Assembly: GCA_016283935.1 (NCBI GenBank)
Contig: JAEENX010000007.1
Span: 13,123 to 77,122, forward strand
Direction of reading: 5' to 3'
DNA from: Bacilli bacterium
GTDB taxonomy: Bacteria; Bacillota_I; Bacilli_A; RF39; UBA660
Length of the DNA: 64,000 bases
Shown here in pieces: positions 1 to 10,088 of the stretch. The notes beneath the pieces were generated by a model, which saw only the letters and a program-made list of their open reading frames with translations, was not told the DNA's origin and ran no database searches. Made by a program: the position numbers and the translations under genes. How positions within the stretch are numbered: the first letter of the stretch is position 1; each line of letters opens with the position of its first letter.

Positions 1-796
1 TAAATTCTGGATTATGTTGTGGGTCCATACCTTCATTTCTGAATGTTCTACCTATTTCATAAACAGATTCCATTCCACCAACTAATAATCTCTTTAAATT
101 TAATTCAAGAGCAATTCTTAGATACATATCTAAGTCTTGTGTATTATGATGTGTAACAAATGGTCTTGCAGAAGCACCAGTTAATAATGTTGTTAAAATT
201 GGAGTTTCAACTTCAACAAATCCTTGATTATCTAAGAAGTTTTGAATACATCTTATAATCTTTGGTCTCATCATAGCTACTCTCATTGAATCTTCATTCA
301 TGATTAAGTCTACATATCTTCTTCTATATCTTTCTTCAATATCAGTTAAACCATGGAATTTTTCAGGAAGTGGTCTTAAAGCCTTAACTAAATGAGTATA
401 TTTTAAACATTTAATAGTTACTTCTCCTGAATTAGTTTTCATAATCTTACCAGTTACTCCAACTATATCTCCAATATCAGCTGTTTTGAATAATGCATAA
501 TCTTCTTCACCAATATCATTAATTGAAATATAGATTTGGATTTTACCAGTCTTATCTTGAATAGTAAAGAATGATGCTTTACCCATCTTTCTAATAAACA
601 TAATTCTACCAGCTACTGTAGCTTGATCATCCATATTTTCAAATGCATCATGTTCTACATCTTTATATTTTTCTTTAATATCAGCTGCAAAATCAGTTCT
701 ATCAAATCTTTGTCCAAATGGATCTTTACCTGATTCAGCTATTTTAGCCATCTTTTCTCTTCTAACTATTTCTTGGTCAGTTAATTTTCTTTCCAT
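1..796 (-). CDS. lysS: Lysyl-tRNA synthetase, class II (5' part; runs off the window start)
   Basis: Minus-strand translation from ATG at 796 gives MERKLTDQEIVRREKMAKIAESGKDPFGQRF..., the LysRS N-terminal pattern; the frame reaching position 1 reads ...GGMESVYEIGRTFRNEGMDPQHNPEF (class II motif 2). Not in the ORF track because it is truncated. Confidence 0.85.
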   Translation of the reverse strand, partial: MERKLTDQEIVRREKMAKIAESGKDPFGQRFDRTDFAADIKEKYKDVEHDAFENMDDQATVAGRIMFIRKMGKASFFTIQDKTGKIQIYISINDIGEEDYALFKTADIGDIVGVTGKIMKTNSGEVTIKCLKYTHLVKALRPLPEKFHGLTDIEERYRRRYVDLIMNEDSMRVAMMRPKIIRCIQNFLDNQGFVEVETPILTTLLTGASARPFVTHHNTQDLDMYLRIALELNLKRLLVGGMESVYEIGRTFRNEGMDPQHNPEF

Positions 797-799
797 ATT

Positions 800-1060
800 T
801 ATTCCTTCTTTCTAAAATAAAAAATGGAAACAATCTGTAGGAACGGGAGTATTCCCGTGGTACCATCCTACTTCATGTTTCCATGCACTTTATGTATTTT
901 AATGCTTACCAGCAACAAGCTCCAATATCTTTTTTCATTAAAATATCTATAAGGCATTCACAGCATATAGCCTCTCTCTACGATAGATTTAGATTAACTA
1001 CTCATATCTTCTCCGCTTTTCATAGTCAATATTATACTAAATAACTTTGTTTAGTCAAGC
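800..1060 (-). promoter_or_regulatory. T-box leader upstream of lysS, with a sigma-A-like promoter
   Basis: Minus-strand RNA contains AAGUAGGAUGGUACCACGGG, matching the T-box consensus AAUUAGGGUGGNACCGCG. The UGGUACC bulge lies between helices GUAGGA/UCCUAC and ACGGGA/UCCCGU, which is the canonical antiterminator geometry. Stem I carries an AGAGA motif. -35 TTGACT (1053-1058) and -10 TATAAT (1031-1036) with a 16-nt spacer. I could not resolve the terminator helix by eye. Confidence 0.6.
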
Positions 1061-1065
1061 AAATA

Positions 1066-2805
1066 TTATTTTATTTTTATAAATGCTGCCTTATGATATT
1101 TTCTAATAATATAATATGCAGCAATATTAAATATTGTTATTACTATAATAGCAGCAGGTATTAATTCTACACCTGTATTAGGATTTTTATCTGCTTTACT
1201 TTCTTTCTTTTCTTCTTTATTAGTTGATTCGTTAGAACCACTATCTTTTTTACCAGGTTCACTTGGTTCTTCTCCTGTATCTTCATGATACCAAGTAACT
1301 TTATCTCCCATTACTATATCATCTAAAGCATATGTACCATATGCTACATATATTTTTCCATTTTCTACTGCATCAGTAAAGAATGGTAATCTAGTATTTT
1401 CTTTGCAGTTATATAAAACATATCTAAAGTATTTAGCTCCATCAGGTATTTTAAATTTAGCATATTCATATCCTGGGAAATTTTGCACTGATGAAGTTAA
1501 AAATTGTTGATTTTCATCAAAGAAATATACACCATGTAAATTTAATAATGATTTTAATGTTCTATTAGGAGCAGACATTGTTAAATAATCTTGATTAGCA
1601 GGTATTTCTATTAATTCTTCATTAACCCATGTACCCCACCAATTAGGTAAATTATTTTCATCAAAAGCTCCATATTTATCTACTCTCTTAAAATAGAACT
1701 TATCCATTGTATTTAAAACTGTATGTCCATTTTTATTATAATATTTAGTTGGATTAACCATAGCATCTATAAGTTCTGTATTTTTACTAGTTGGATTATT
1801 TCTATTAATAATAGAATATTCTGAACCATTATCCCAATAACATGCTATAATTCCATGTTCATAAGCTCTAGCAACAAAGTTACTATTAGCTAATGCTCTA
1901 TGACTTTTTGGTTCGTAGTCAGTAGTATTACCAAACTCAGTGATCATTACTCTTAATCCTTTTTCAGCAGCACTATCGCTTATTTGAGCAAATGCAGCAT
2001 CTAGTTGTTCATCTTCAATATTTGGATACATATGAACACTTAATATTATTTTATGTTCAACTGAATCAGTTGGAACTGTTACAGCATTTATAGCTTCTTT
2101 ACTATTCTTCATTATCAATGGAGAAATAATTAATAATCTATATCTATTATTGCTTCCTGTTTCTCTTACAGTATCAACAAATATTTGATTTAATTCATTT
2201 ACTTGTCCTTCAGCAACTTCACCTAATACCCAAGAATCTAATTTATTATCTATTTCATTATATGCTTCAAATAACAAATGTTCATCATAATCTTTAAATC
2301 TGGTTGCTATTTGATTCCAAAAGCTATGTGCAACTGATTTAACAGCATCAAATTCAGCAGCATCATTTACTCCTGTATATAATACTTTATCATCATGATG
2401 AGTATTAAGAATTACATACATACCTCTACTATATGCATAATCAACTACTTCTTGTACTCTATTCATCCATTCTTCATGAATAATATAATTACCATTATCA
2501 TCTTTATATGTATGACAATACCAAGAAACTGGTATACGTATTACATTAAAACCACTCTTTTGTATTTCATCAATTAAAGTTTGAGTAATCCTAGGATTAC
2601 CCCATCTTGTTTCAGTTTTTAAATTAGCTGTTCCATCCCATGTAATTGTTGAATCTAATTGATTACCTAAATTCCAACCAACATGAGCTTTTTTAAAGAA
2701 ATCATCATCTGTGAAACTTTCTATTGTTGATGCACTTACTCCCAAAGGTATCAACAATAACATAATAAAAATAAACATAAACTTTTTCATATACACTACC
2801 ACCAT
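1066..2805 (-). CDS. Secreted GH5-family glycoside hydrolase with a C-terminal NPNTG cell-wall sorting signal
   Basis: Signal peptide. GH5 motifs are present (LLFEAYNEI acid/base region, MITEFG nucleophile, NTHHD). C-terminus is ...KNPNTG + hydrophobic segment + RKYHK tail. Confidence 0.75.
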   Translation of the reverse strand: MVVVYMKKFMFIFIMLLLIPLGVSASTIESFTDDDFFKKAHVGWNLGNQLDSTITWDGTANLKTETRWGNPRITQTLIDEIQKSGFNVIRIPVSWYCHTYKDDNGNYIIHEEWMNRVQEVVDYAYSRGMYVILNTHHDDKVLYTGVNDAAEFDAVKSVAHSFWNQIATRFKDYDEHLLFEAYNEIDNKLDSWVLGEVAEGQVNELNQIFVDTVRETGSNNRYRLLIISPLIMKNSKEAINAVTVPTDSVEHKIILSVHMYPNIEDEQLDAAFAQISDSAAEKGLRVMITEFGNTTDYEPKSHRALANSNFVARAYEHGIIACYWDNGSEYSIINRNNPTSKNTELIDAMVNPTKYYNKNGHTVLNTMDKFYFKRVDKYGAFDENNLPNWWGTWVNEELIEIPANQDYLTMSAPNRTLKSLLNLHGVYFFDENQQFLTSSVQNFPGYEYAKFKIPDGAKYFRYVLYNCKENTRLPFFTDAVENGKIYVAYGTYALDDIVMGDKVTWYHEDTGEEPSEPGKKDSGSNESTNKEEKKESKADKNPNTGVELIPAAIIVITIFNIAAYYIIRKYHKAAFIKIK

Positions 2806-2848
2806 AATATAATTATACTATATTATTAATTGATTTAAGTATAAAAAA

Positions 2849-2884
2849 AAGACTAATAAGTGTAAACACTATTTAGTCTTTTTT
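2849..2884 (-). terminator. Intrinsic terminator downstream of the HExxH gene
   Basis: Hairpin aagactaataagtgt/acactatttagtctt with one mismatch, followed by a U-run on the minus-strand transcript; it encloses the stop codon. Confidence 0.55.
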
Positions 2885-3756
2885 ACATATTCTTTTATTA
2901 ATTCTATATCTTTAGAATTATTATATGTAACACCCATATTATTTAAGAAATCTTCTACTATTATTTTATTTCTAAACACATCTTCTATTAAAGATAATAT
3001 TTCCATTCTTCTTATCTTATTAGAATTAATATAAATATCATATAAATGTAATGCTTTTAATGATGATGATAAATAACATCTATATCTACACATTTGATCA
3101 TATGTATAACATAATTGTTCATATTTAGATAAGCCTTCTAAGCATGTATAAACATCTTGAAATCTATATTTCATATAATCATTTATAATCTTTTTGCTTA
3201 ATGATTTAGATATAATCATTTCGACAAATATAGATAATACTTCACGATTATAATAATTAGTTAATGAATTAGGATTCTTCTCTATTTGAGTATGCACTAT
3301 CTCATGACCTATATCAGCATATGATAGTTTAGTAATTCTATCTTTAATTAATACATTTTCAAATCCTATTTGACCCTTATATATTCCATCTTTTATTTTA
3401 TCTGGATTAACAATAGAACCTTCCATATTAGGTTCAAATTTAATTAATTTAAATGGATTAACTACACTTACACTTCCATCTTTAGAAATATATAATACAT
3501 TTTGAAGAGGCAAATTATCTTTAAAGAATTTCTTATCATACTTCATAACTGTACTTTTACTATCTTTACTATTATCTTTAAAATCTTTAACATTTTGTTC
3601 TTCCAAATACTTTTTAATATCTTTTAAAGAACTATCTAAAACTATTCTAGATTCAATAGAATCTTCTTTCTTTTTAGAAGTTAATTCCATCAAATGAGTA
3701 AATCTATTCATTAATGTTTTATCCATGATAATCACCATTGATGTATATAATAACAC
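2869..3756 (-). CDS. Hypothetical protein with an HExxH motif (putative zinc metallopeptidase)
   Basis: GHEIVHTQ motif; no other recognisable domain. Confidence 0.35.
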   Translation of the reverse strand: MLLYTSMVIIMDKTLMNRFTHLMELTSKKKEDSIESRIVLDSSLKDIKKYLEEQNVKDFKDNSKDSKSTVMKYDKKFFKDNLPLQNVLYISKDGSVSVVNPFKLIKFEPNMEGSIVNPDKIKDGIYKGQIGFENVLIKDRITKLSYADIGHEIVHTQIEKNPNSLTNYYNREVLSIFVEMIISKSLSKKIINDYMKYRFQDVYTCLEGLSKYEQLCYTYDQMCRYRCYLSSSLKALHLYDIYINSNKIRRMEILSLIEDVFRNKIIVEDFLNNMGVTYNNSKDIELIKEYVKKTK

Positions 3757-3804
3757 ATAAAATAAAAAAACAAGAATAAATATTCTTGTTTTATTTATTA
3801 ATTA

Positions 3805-5193
3805 TCACTTACCAATATGCCATATAGCATGATATGTATCACCTTCACATACTGGTATTTCTGCTACAATCAATGGTGAAACAACATCATAATGCATATC
3901 TGAATTATATGATTTAACATTAGCAAAGTATTGAGCTCTTCGTCTACCTGATTTAGCAACATAAATTCCATCACGGATTTTGCAATTTGAGAATCCATAA
4001 AAATCATAATATTCTTCTTCTGATTTTAAAGTTGCTATTTTATCAATTGCATCAGAACTAGTTACTACAATATCTCCTTCACCACAATCACTTTCTATGT
4101 AATTATCTGGTCTTTCATAATCAACATCATAACCAATTTTATTTCTTAGATCCATAGAAGGTTCTACATAAATATCTTCATATTTTCCAAGTGGTATTAT
4201 AACTTTATCATCATAATAGTAATCATGTTCCATGAAATAATAATGAGGAGGAATATCTTCTTTTCTAATAGTCTTTATTAATTGATTATCTGAATATACT
4301 TTTACATATGAATTATCCCCAAATAATGGTTCATCATTGTTGCGAGATATTCTATAAATAGATAAATATGCATTATAATTAGAAATTCCTTCCTTAACCG
4401 TAAAACTAGCAGAATCATATTCTTGAACACTTATAAAACCACTACATGTTAATTTTTCCGAAGCAACTACTTCATTTGAACCAAGGCATATTTCTTTAAC
4501 ATTTGAATCTTCATCAAATGAACCTCTATCAGTTACCAATTTATATTTACAATTTTCAACAGTAATTGTTGAATTTATTTTAATGTTACACTTACATACA
4601 GCTTTTACTATTGTTGGTATTAATATTACTAATGCAAGTGTTAACATCATTGCTCTAAATGTTTTATTCTTCTTGGAAGAATAAATAACAACAAAAGCGA
4701 CTATTAATAATACTGGTAATATATATAACAAAGATTTAACTCCTGTAGGTGGATTTGAAATCTTTCCTCCAGTTAAATCTAAATCAAACGAATTTGTTTC
4801 ATTAAATTTTCCTAAACCAGGATCATTAATTAAAGAAACACTTAATGTAAGTTCTCTTGTCGAACCAGCTTTAACAATCATATTATCTGTTTCAAATAAA
4901 TATTTAACATTTGTATATTTCTTATTAAACATTGATTCATCTAAAACATAATCACCATCAGTATTATTAACAACAGTGATTTTATATTTAATATAATCAT
5001 CTACTCTTGTAAATGAAATATCTAAATCAATAACAGTTCCATTTGCTTTTGCTGGTGTTATTTCAGCTGATCCTTCAGCTTTTTCAATCATTTCAATTGT
5101 TTGAATTGTTACTCCTTCTGTATTACATGTTTCTGCAAATACATTAATTGGAATTAATAATATACTTAAGAATATAATTAATATTTTTTTCAT
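3805..5193 (-). CDS. Surface protein paralog A: signal peptide, Ig-like N-domain, internal NPPTG sorting signal, second TM, Cys-rich C-domain
   Basis: MKKILIIFLSILLIPINVFA signal. ...ISNPPTG VKSLLYILPVLLIVAFVVIYS SKKNK is a complete tripartite sorting signal at aa 150-185. It is followed by the hydrophobic segment MMLTLALVILIPTIVKA and a ~270-aa Cys-rich domain. Confidence 0.7.
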   Translation of the reverse strand: MKKILIIFLSILLIPINVFAETCNTEGVTIQTIEMIEKAEGSAEITPAKANGTVIDLDISFTRVDDYIKYKITVVNNTDGDYVLDESMFNKKYTNVKYLFETDNMIVKAGSTRELTLSVSLINDPGLGKFNETNSFDLDLTGGKISNPPTGVKSLLYILPVLLIVAFVVIYSSKKNKTFRAMMLTLALVILIPTIVKAVCKCNIKINSTITVENCKYKLVTDRGSFDEDSNVKEICLGSNEVVASEKLTCSGFISVQEYDSASFTVKEGISNYNAYLSIYRISRNNDEPLFGDNSYVKVYSDNQLIKTIRKEDIPPHYYFMEHDYYYDDKVIIPLGKYEDIYVEPSMDLRNKIGYDVDYERPDNYIESDCGEGDIVVTSSDAIDKIATLKSEEEYYDFYGFSNCKIRDGIYVAKSGRRRAQYFANVKSYNSDMHYDVVSPLIVAEIPVCEGDTYHAIWHIGK

Positions 5194-5342
5194 ACAAATT
5201 CACCCACTATCATAATTATATTATAAACTATATATACCAATTATTATTATAATAATTAATACTTATACAATTATTTATGTAAATAAAAACATAAAACTAA
5301 ATGTTTTATGTTTTTTATAAACTAGAAATTTGCAGTAGTATC

Positions 5343-6731
5343 TTAGTTATCAGTTGATCTACCATTATACCAAATTGCTTTATATTTGTTTCCAGTACAA
5401 ACTTGATGAGTACTAGTTGTCGAAGCAAATGCCATGTCGGCTGGATATACTGGATTTAGTTCTTCTTGTTCATCTACATCTACACAATTAGTAAATCCAA
5501 CTAATCCATCTTGATCATTTGAATATATTAAATTACTGATTTTTTCATTGATAACTTCACTTGTTACAACATTAGCTCCACTTGGACAACTTCCTTCATA
5601 ATACACTTCTTCTGGATCAGGTCCATGTTCAACAGTATACTCAACTTTATTTCTTAAATCTTTTGAAAGAGTAACATATGCATCATCATATTCACCAATA
5701 GGTATTAGCATATATCTTTCAATTAAATCCAAATATTTTCCATCTTCTAATGAATAATAATGTGGCATTATATCGTCTTTTGTAACAGTTTTAATTAATT
5801 TAGTTTTATTTTCATCAGAATATACTTTTATATATGAATTATCATTAAAAACTGGTTCTATAGTACCGTGATTTTCATATGATAGTATTAAATATAAGTA
5901 TGTATAATCACTTGGAACACGTGCATCACGACTAGTTCCTCTTCTTGATGGAGATCCTTCAAAATAAAATCTAGGTCCCTTACATGTTAGTTTTTCTGAT
6001 GCAACTATTTCATTTGCACCTACACATATTTCTCTAACATCTGATCCTTCTTCAAAAGATCCAATATCAGTAGTTAATTTATATTTACATCCTTCAACAG
6101 TAACTGTTGAATTAATTTTTAAATTACATTTACAAATAGCTTTTACTACTGTAGGTATTGTTATTACTAATGCTAAAATAACAGCAATTGTTTTAAATGA
6201 TGTTTTCTTTTTAGATATAAATAATACTACCAATGAAATTATTATCAATACAGGTAACATATATAATAACGATTTAACTCCTGTAGGTGGATTAACAATC
6301 TCACCACCTGTTAAATCCAAATCAAATGAGTTAGTTTCATTGAATTTATCAACAGTTGGATTCTTAGTTAAAGATATAACTAATGTTAAATCTCTGGCAG
6401 CTCCTGCTTTTACCATTTTATCATCTGTTTCAAAAGTATATTTAACATTTGTATACTTTTTATTAAACATTGATTCATCTAAAACGTAATCTACATCAGT
6501 ATTATTTTTAATTGTAGTTTTATATTTAATATAATCATCTACTCTTGTAAATGATACATCTAAATCTATAACTGTTCCATTTACTTTTGCAGCACTTAAT
6601 TCGGCAGCTCCAGCAGCTTTTTCAATCATTTCAATTGATTGAACAGTAACTCCTTCTGCATTACATGTTTCCGCAAATACATTGATTGGAATTAAAATTA
6701 TACTTAAAAATAAAATTAAAATTTTTTTCAT
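5343..6731 (-). CDS. Surface protein paralog B: same architecture with internal NPPTG, diverged C-domain
   Basis: About 85% identical to paralog A over the first ~230 aa (IVNPPTGVKSLLYMLPVLIIISLVVLFISKKK...), then divergent. The upstream intergenic sequence is also duplicated. Confidence 0.7.
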   Translation of the reverse strand: MKKILILFLSIILIPINVFAETCNAEGVTVQSIEMIEKAAGAAELSAAKVNGTVIDLDVSFTRVDDYIKYKTTIKNNTDVDYVLDESMFNKKYTNVKYTFETDDKMVKAGAARDLTLVISLTKNPTVDKFNETNSFDLDLTGGEIVNPPTGVKSLLYMLPVLIIISLVVLFISKKKTSFKTIAVILALVITIPTVVKAICKCNLKINSTVTVEGCKYKLTTDIGSFEEGSDVREICVGANEIVASEKLTCKGPRFYFEGSPSRRGTSRDARVPSDYTYLYLILSYENHGTIEPVFNDNSYIKVYSDENKTKLIKTVTKDDIMPHYYSLEDGKYLDLIERYMLIPIGEYDDAYVTLSKDLRNKVEYTVEHGPDPEEVYYEGSCPSGANVVTSEVINEKISNLIYSNDQDGLVGFTNCVDVDEQEELNPVYPADMAFASTTSTHQVCTGNKYKAIWYNGRSTDN

Positions 6732-6850
6732 ACATATTCACCCACTATACACATATTAATTATAAAACAATTTATACATTTATTTTTAATTTATATTTAT
6801 TGCTATACATTTCAATGTAAATAAAAAAGAAGGTTAAAAACCTTCTTTTA

Positions 6851-9382
6851 TTATTTTGTTAATAAAGCTAATTGTTCTTCTTCCTTAGCTAATGTTTCTC
6901 TTTCTTTATTAACTAATGCTTCAGGAGCTTTAGCAACATAGTTTTCATTAGCAAGTAAGTTCTTTCTTCTAGCAATAGAAGCTTTTAAATCATTTATTTG
7001 TTTTTCTTTTAAAGCTTTATCTTCTTCAGTTTCTTCTTTTTCATAGAAGATAGTTGCTTCATAAGAACCTGATTTAACATCATATGATTTAATATCTTCT
7101 GGTTCATTTATCATTACATCTTGTAATTTTAACATCTTAATAATTATTTCATCATTTGTATTAATTATTACTTTAGCATCTTTAGGAATATTATTTTCTG
7201 TTTTAACATTTCTAAATGCTTTAATAAATTCAATCTTTTCTTCTACTACTTTAGTAGTTTCTTTATCAACAAATGATTTATCATACTTAGGATATTCAGA
7301 AATCATAATTGATTCAGCATCTTTAATTGGTAACATTTGATAAATTTCTTCAGTTACAAATGGCATAAATGGATGTAATAATTTTAATATACCAGTTAAT
7401 ACATAACATAATACTGATTTAGTTGTATTTGATTCAGAATTGAATTTAGCAAATTCAATATAATTAGAACAGAAATCATCATATATGAAACTATATGTTT
7501 CAGTTCCAAATAAGTTAAATTCATATTTATCCATATGAGCTATAGAACTCTTAACTATCTTTTCATATTTAGTTAATATCCATTTATCTTCATCAGTTAA
7601 ATTATCGAATGTTAATTCTTTTAATCCTTCAATGTTCATTAAAACAAATCTAGAAGCATTCCAAATCTTATTAATATAATTCCATGTAGATGTTAATTTA
7701 GTTTCATCAAATCTTAAATCTGTACCAAATGCTACATCAGTATTTAAGTAATATCTAAGTGCATCTACACCATACTTATCAATCATATCAAATGGATCAA
7801 CACCATTACCTAAAGACTTAGACATCTTTCTTCCTTCTTTATCTCTTATAAGACCATGAATGATACAATCTTTAAATGGTCTAACACCATTTAATTCTTC
7901 TGATTGGAACATCATTCTTGCTACCCAGAAGAAAATAATATCATATGCTGTTACTAAACAGTCATTTGGATAGAATCTTTCTAAATCTTCAGTTTTATCT
8001 GGCCAACCTAATGTTGAGAATGGCCATAAAGCAGATGAGAACCAAGTATCAAGTACATCTTCATCTTGTTTCCATCCTTCTCCTTCAGGAGCTTCCATTC
8101 CTACATAGATTTCTCCATCTTTATACCAAGCAGGTATTCTATGTCCCCACCATAATTGACGAGAAATACACCAATCATGACAATCAGTCATCCATGATTT
8201 TAATAAGTTTTCAAATCTATCTGGTACAAAGTTTACTTTATTATCTTTTTCAGTTTGAATCTTTAATAATTGTTCAGCTAAACCATCCATCTTAACAAAC
8301 CATTGTTCTTTGATCATTGGTTCAACCATAACACCTGTACGTTCAGAATGTCCTACTTCATGAACTAATGGTTCAATTTCTAATAATAGATCAGCAGCTT
8401 TTAAATCTTCTAATACCGCTTCTCTTGCATCTTCTCTTGTCATACCAACATATTTAGCAGGACAATTTTCATTCATTGTTGCATCATCATTCATGATACA
8501 AATTCTTTCAAGATTATGTCTATTACCTACCTCAAAGTCATTAGGATCATGAGCTGGAGTAATCTTAACTACACCAGTACCTTTTTCCATATCAGCATGT
8601 TCATCAGCAATAATAGGAATACTCTTATTCATAAATGGTAATTCAACAGTCATACCAATATATTTTTTATATCTTTCATCATCTTTATTAACAGCTACTG
8701 CAGTATCACCAAATAATGTTTCAGGTCTTGTAGTAGCAACATCTAAATATTCTTCAGTTCCTGTAATTTTATATTTTAAATGATAGAAAGCACTCTTTTC
8801 TTCTGAATAAATAACTTCTTCATTAGATAAAGCTGTTTTAGCAGCTGGATCCCAGTTAATTATTTTTTCACCACGATAAATTAAACCTTTATTATAGTAA
8901 TCAACAAATACTTTAGTAACTGCTTTATTTAAACCTTCATCTAAAGTAAATCTTTCTTTATTATAATCTACTGAAATACCCATAGCAGCCCATTGATCAC
9001 GAATTGTTCCACCATATTCATGAGTCCAATCCCAACAAGCATCTAAGAATTTTTCTCTACCATATTCATATTTATTGATACCTTGATCTTTTAATCTCTT
9101 AACTACTTTAGCTTCAGTAGCTATAGCAGCATGATCCATTCCTGGTAACCATAAAGTATCAAATCCTTGCATTCTTTTATATCTAATAATTGCATCTTGA
9201 ATTGATACATTATAAGCATGTCCTATATGTAACTTACCAGTTACATTAGGAGGTGGAATAACTATACTATATGGTTGTTTAGTTTTATCTCCTGAATTAA
9301 AATATCCTTTTTCTTTCCAATCATTATATTTATTTTCTTCTACTTTAATATGATCATATTTAGTATCTAACATATTAATCAC
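6851..9382 (-). CDS. valS: Valyl-tRNA synthetase
   Basis: 843 aa. HIGH motif (PNVTGKLHIGHAYN), KMSKS (RKMSKSLGN), C-terminal coiled coil. Confidence 0.95.
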   Translation of the reverse strand: MINMLDTKYDHIKVEENKYNDWKEKGYFNSGDKTKQPYSIVIPPPNVTGKLHIGHAYNVSIQDAIIRYKRMQGFDTLWLPGMDHAAIATEAKVVKRLKDQGINKYEYGREKFLDACWDWTHEYGGTIRDQWAAMGISVDYNKERFTLDEGLNKAVTKVFVDYYNKGLIYRGEKIINWDPAAKTALSNEEVIYSEEKSAFYHLKYKITGTEEYLDVATTRPETLFGDTAVAVNKDDERYKKYIGMTVELPFMNKSIPIIADEHADMEKGTGVVKITPAHDPNDFEVGNRHNLERICIMNDDATMNENCPAKYVGMTREDAREAVLEDLKAADLLLEIEPLVHEVGHSERTGVMVEPMIKEQWFVKMDGLAEQLLKIQTEKDNKVNFVPDRFENLLKSWMTDCHDWCISRQLWWGHRIPAWYKDGEIYVGMEAPEGEGWKQDEDVLDTWFSSALWPFSTLGWPDKTEDLERFYPNDCLVTAYDIIFFWVARMMFQSEELNGVRPFKDCIIHGLIRDKEGRKMSKSLGNGVDPFDMIDKYGVDALRYYLNTDVAFGTDLRFDETKLTSTWNYINKIWNASRFVLMNIEGLKELTFDNLTDEDKWILTKYEKIVKSSIAHMDKYEFNLFGTETYSFIYDDFCSNYIEFAKFNSESNTTKSVLCYVLTGILKLLHPFMPFVTEEIYQMLPIKDAESIMISEYPKYDKSFVDKETTKVVEEKIEFIKAFRNVKTENNIPKDAKVIINTNDEIIIKMLKLQDVMINEPEDIKSYDVKSGSYEATIFYEKEETEEDKALKEKQINDLKASIARRKNLLANENYVAKAPEALVNKERETLAKEEEQLALLTK

Positions 9383-10085
9383 TTATCCTTTCATCTATAT
9401 ACTTATTACAAATATCTTTTATTTGTTTTATTCTTTCATCATCAAATTTATTTAATATTAAATTACATTTATAATTTGCTAAATCTAAATCTTTTAATAT
9501 TTTTAAAGACTCTTTATACTTCATATCAAACATAAATGCTAATGCTCTTAAAACATGATATCCTTGAGAACTCCATGCTTCTGCATTATTCTTTAACATT
9601 CTATGATTTTCAAAACTATCTAATACTTCATCAGGAAGTATTAATTCATTATCTTCAAAGACTCGATCTAAAAATATCATTATATCTAATTTATCAGCAT
9701 CTCGAGTAATATTAACAAACATCTTTGTTCTTTCATCTAAATCATCTGGTAATTTATATTTATTATGTAACTTAGTAGATATTAATATTATTTCATCATT
9801 TATACCTAATTCTTTAAGAATTTCACATCCTTTGTCACCATGATCAAATGATACAGAATCATCAAATGTTTTATATTCTTGCCATTGTTTAAATCTAGAA
9901 ATATCATGGAATAAAGCACACTTGCATGCTAATTCATAATCATCATCATTTAAATTTAAACTTTTAGCAATTCTTTTCGCATACTCAACCACTCGAAGAG
10001 TATGATCATATTTTCTTTGAACACCTGATAAACTACTATCAAAATTTAAATAGTAATTGTTGAATATTTTAAGTGCTTCTTCCAT
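9375..10085 (-). CDS. HD-domain phosphohydrolase, overlapping valS by 8 nt
   Basis: LFHDISRF and HGDKGCE motifs typical of an HD domain; its stop overlaps the valS start, so they form an operon. Confidence 0.65.
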   Translation of the reverse strand: MEEALKIFNNYYLNFDSSLSGVQRKYDHTLRVVEYAKRIAKSLNLNDDDYELACKCALFHDISRFKQWQEYKTFDDSVSFDHGDKGCEILKELGINDEIILISTKLHNKYKLPDDLDERTKMFVNITRDADKLDIMIFLDRVFEDNELILPDEVLDSFENHRMLKNNAEAWSSQGYHVLRALAFMFDMKYKESLKILKDLDLANYKCNLILNKFDDERIKQIKDICNKYIDERISD

Positions 10086-10088
10086 ACA

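Noticed and set aside
2395-2577. 60-aa plus-strand ORF inside the GH5 gene
   Set aside because: Fully antisense to a well-supported gene, low-complexity I/F/Y-rich translation typical of AT-rich antisense frames, and no RBS.
3805-5193. Possibility that the internal NPPTG architecture is two genes fused by a sequencing error
   Set aside because: The identical architecture is preserved in the tandem paralog (5343..6731) despite about 15% divergence, so a coincidental double frameshift is unlikely. Kept as a finding instead.
7945-8295. 116-aa ORF antisense to valS
   Set aside because: Embedded in a highly conserved aaRS gene; antisense artefact.
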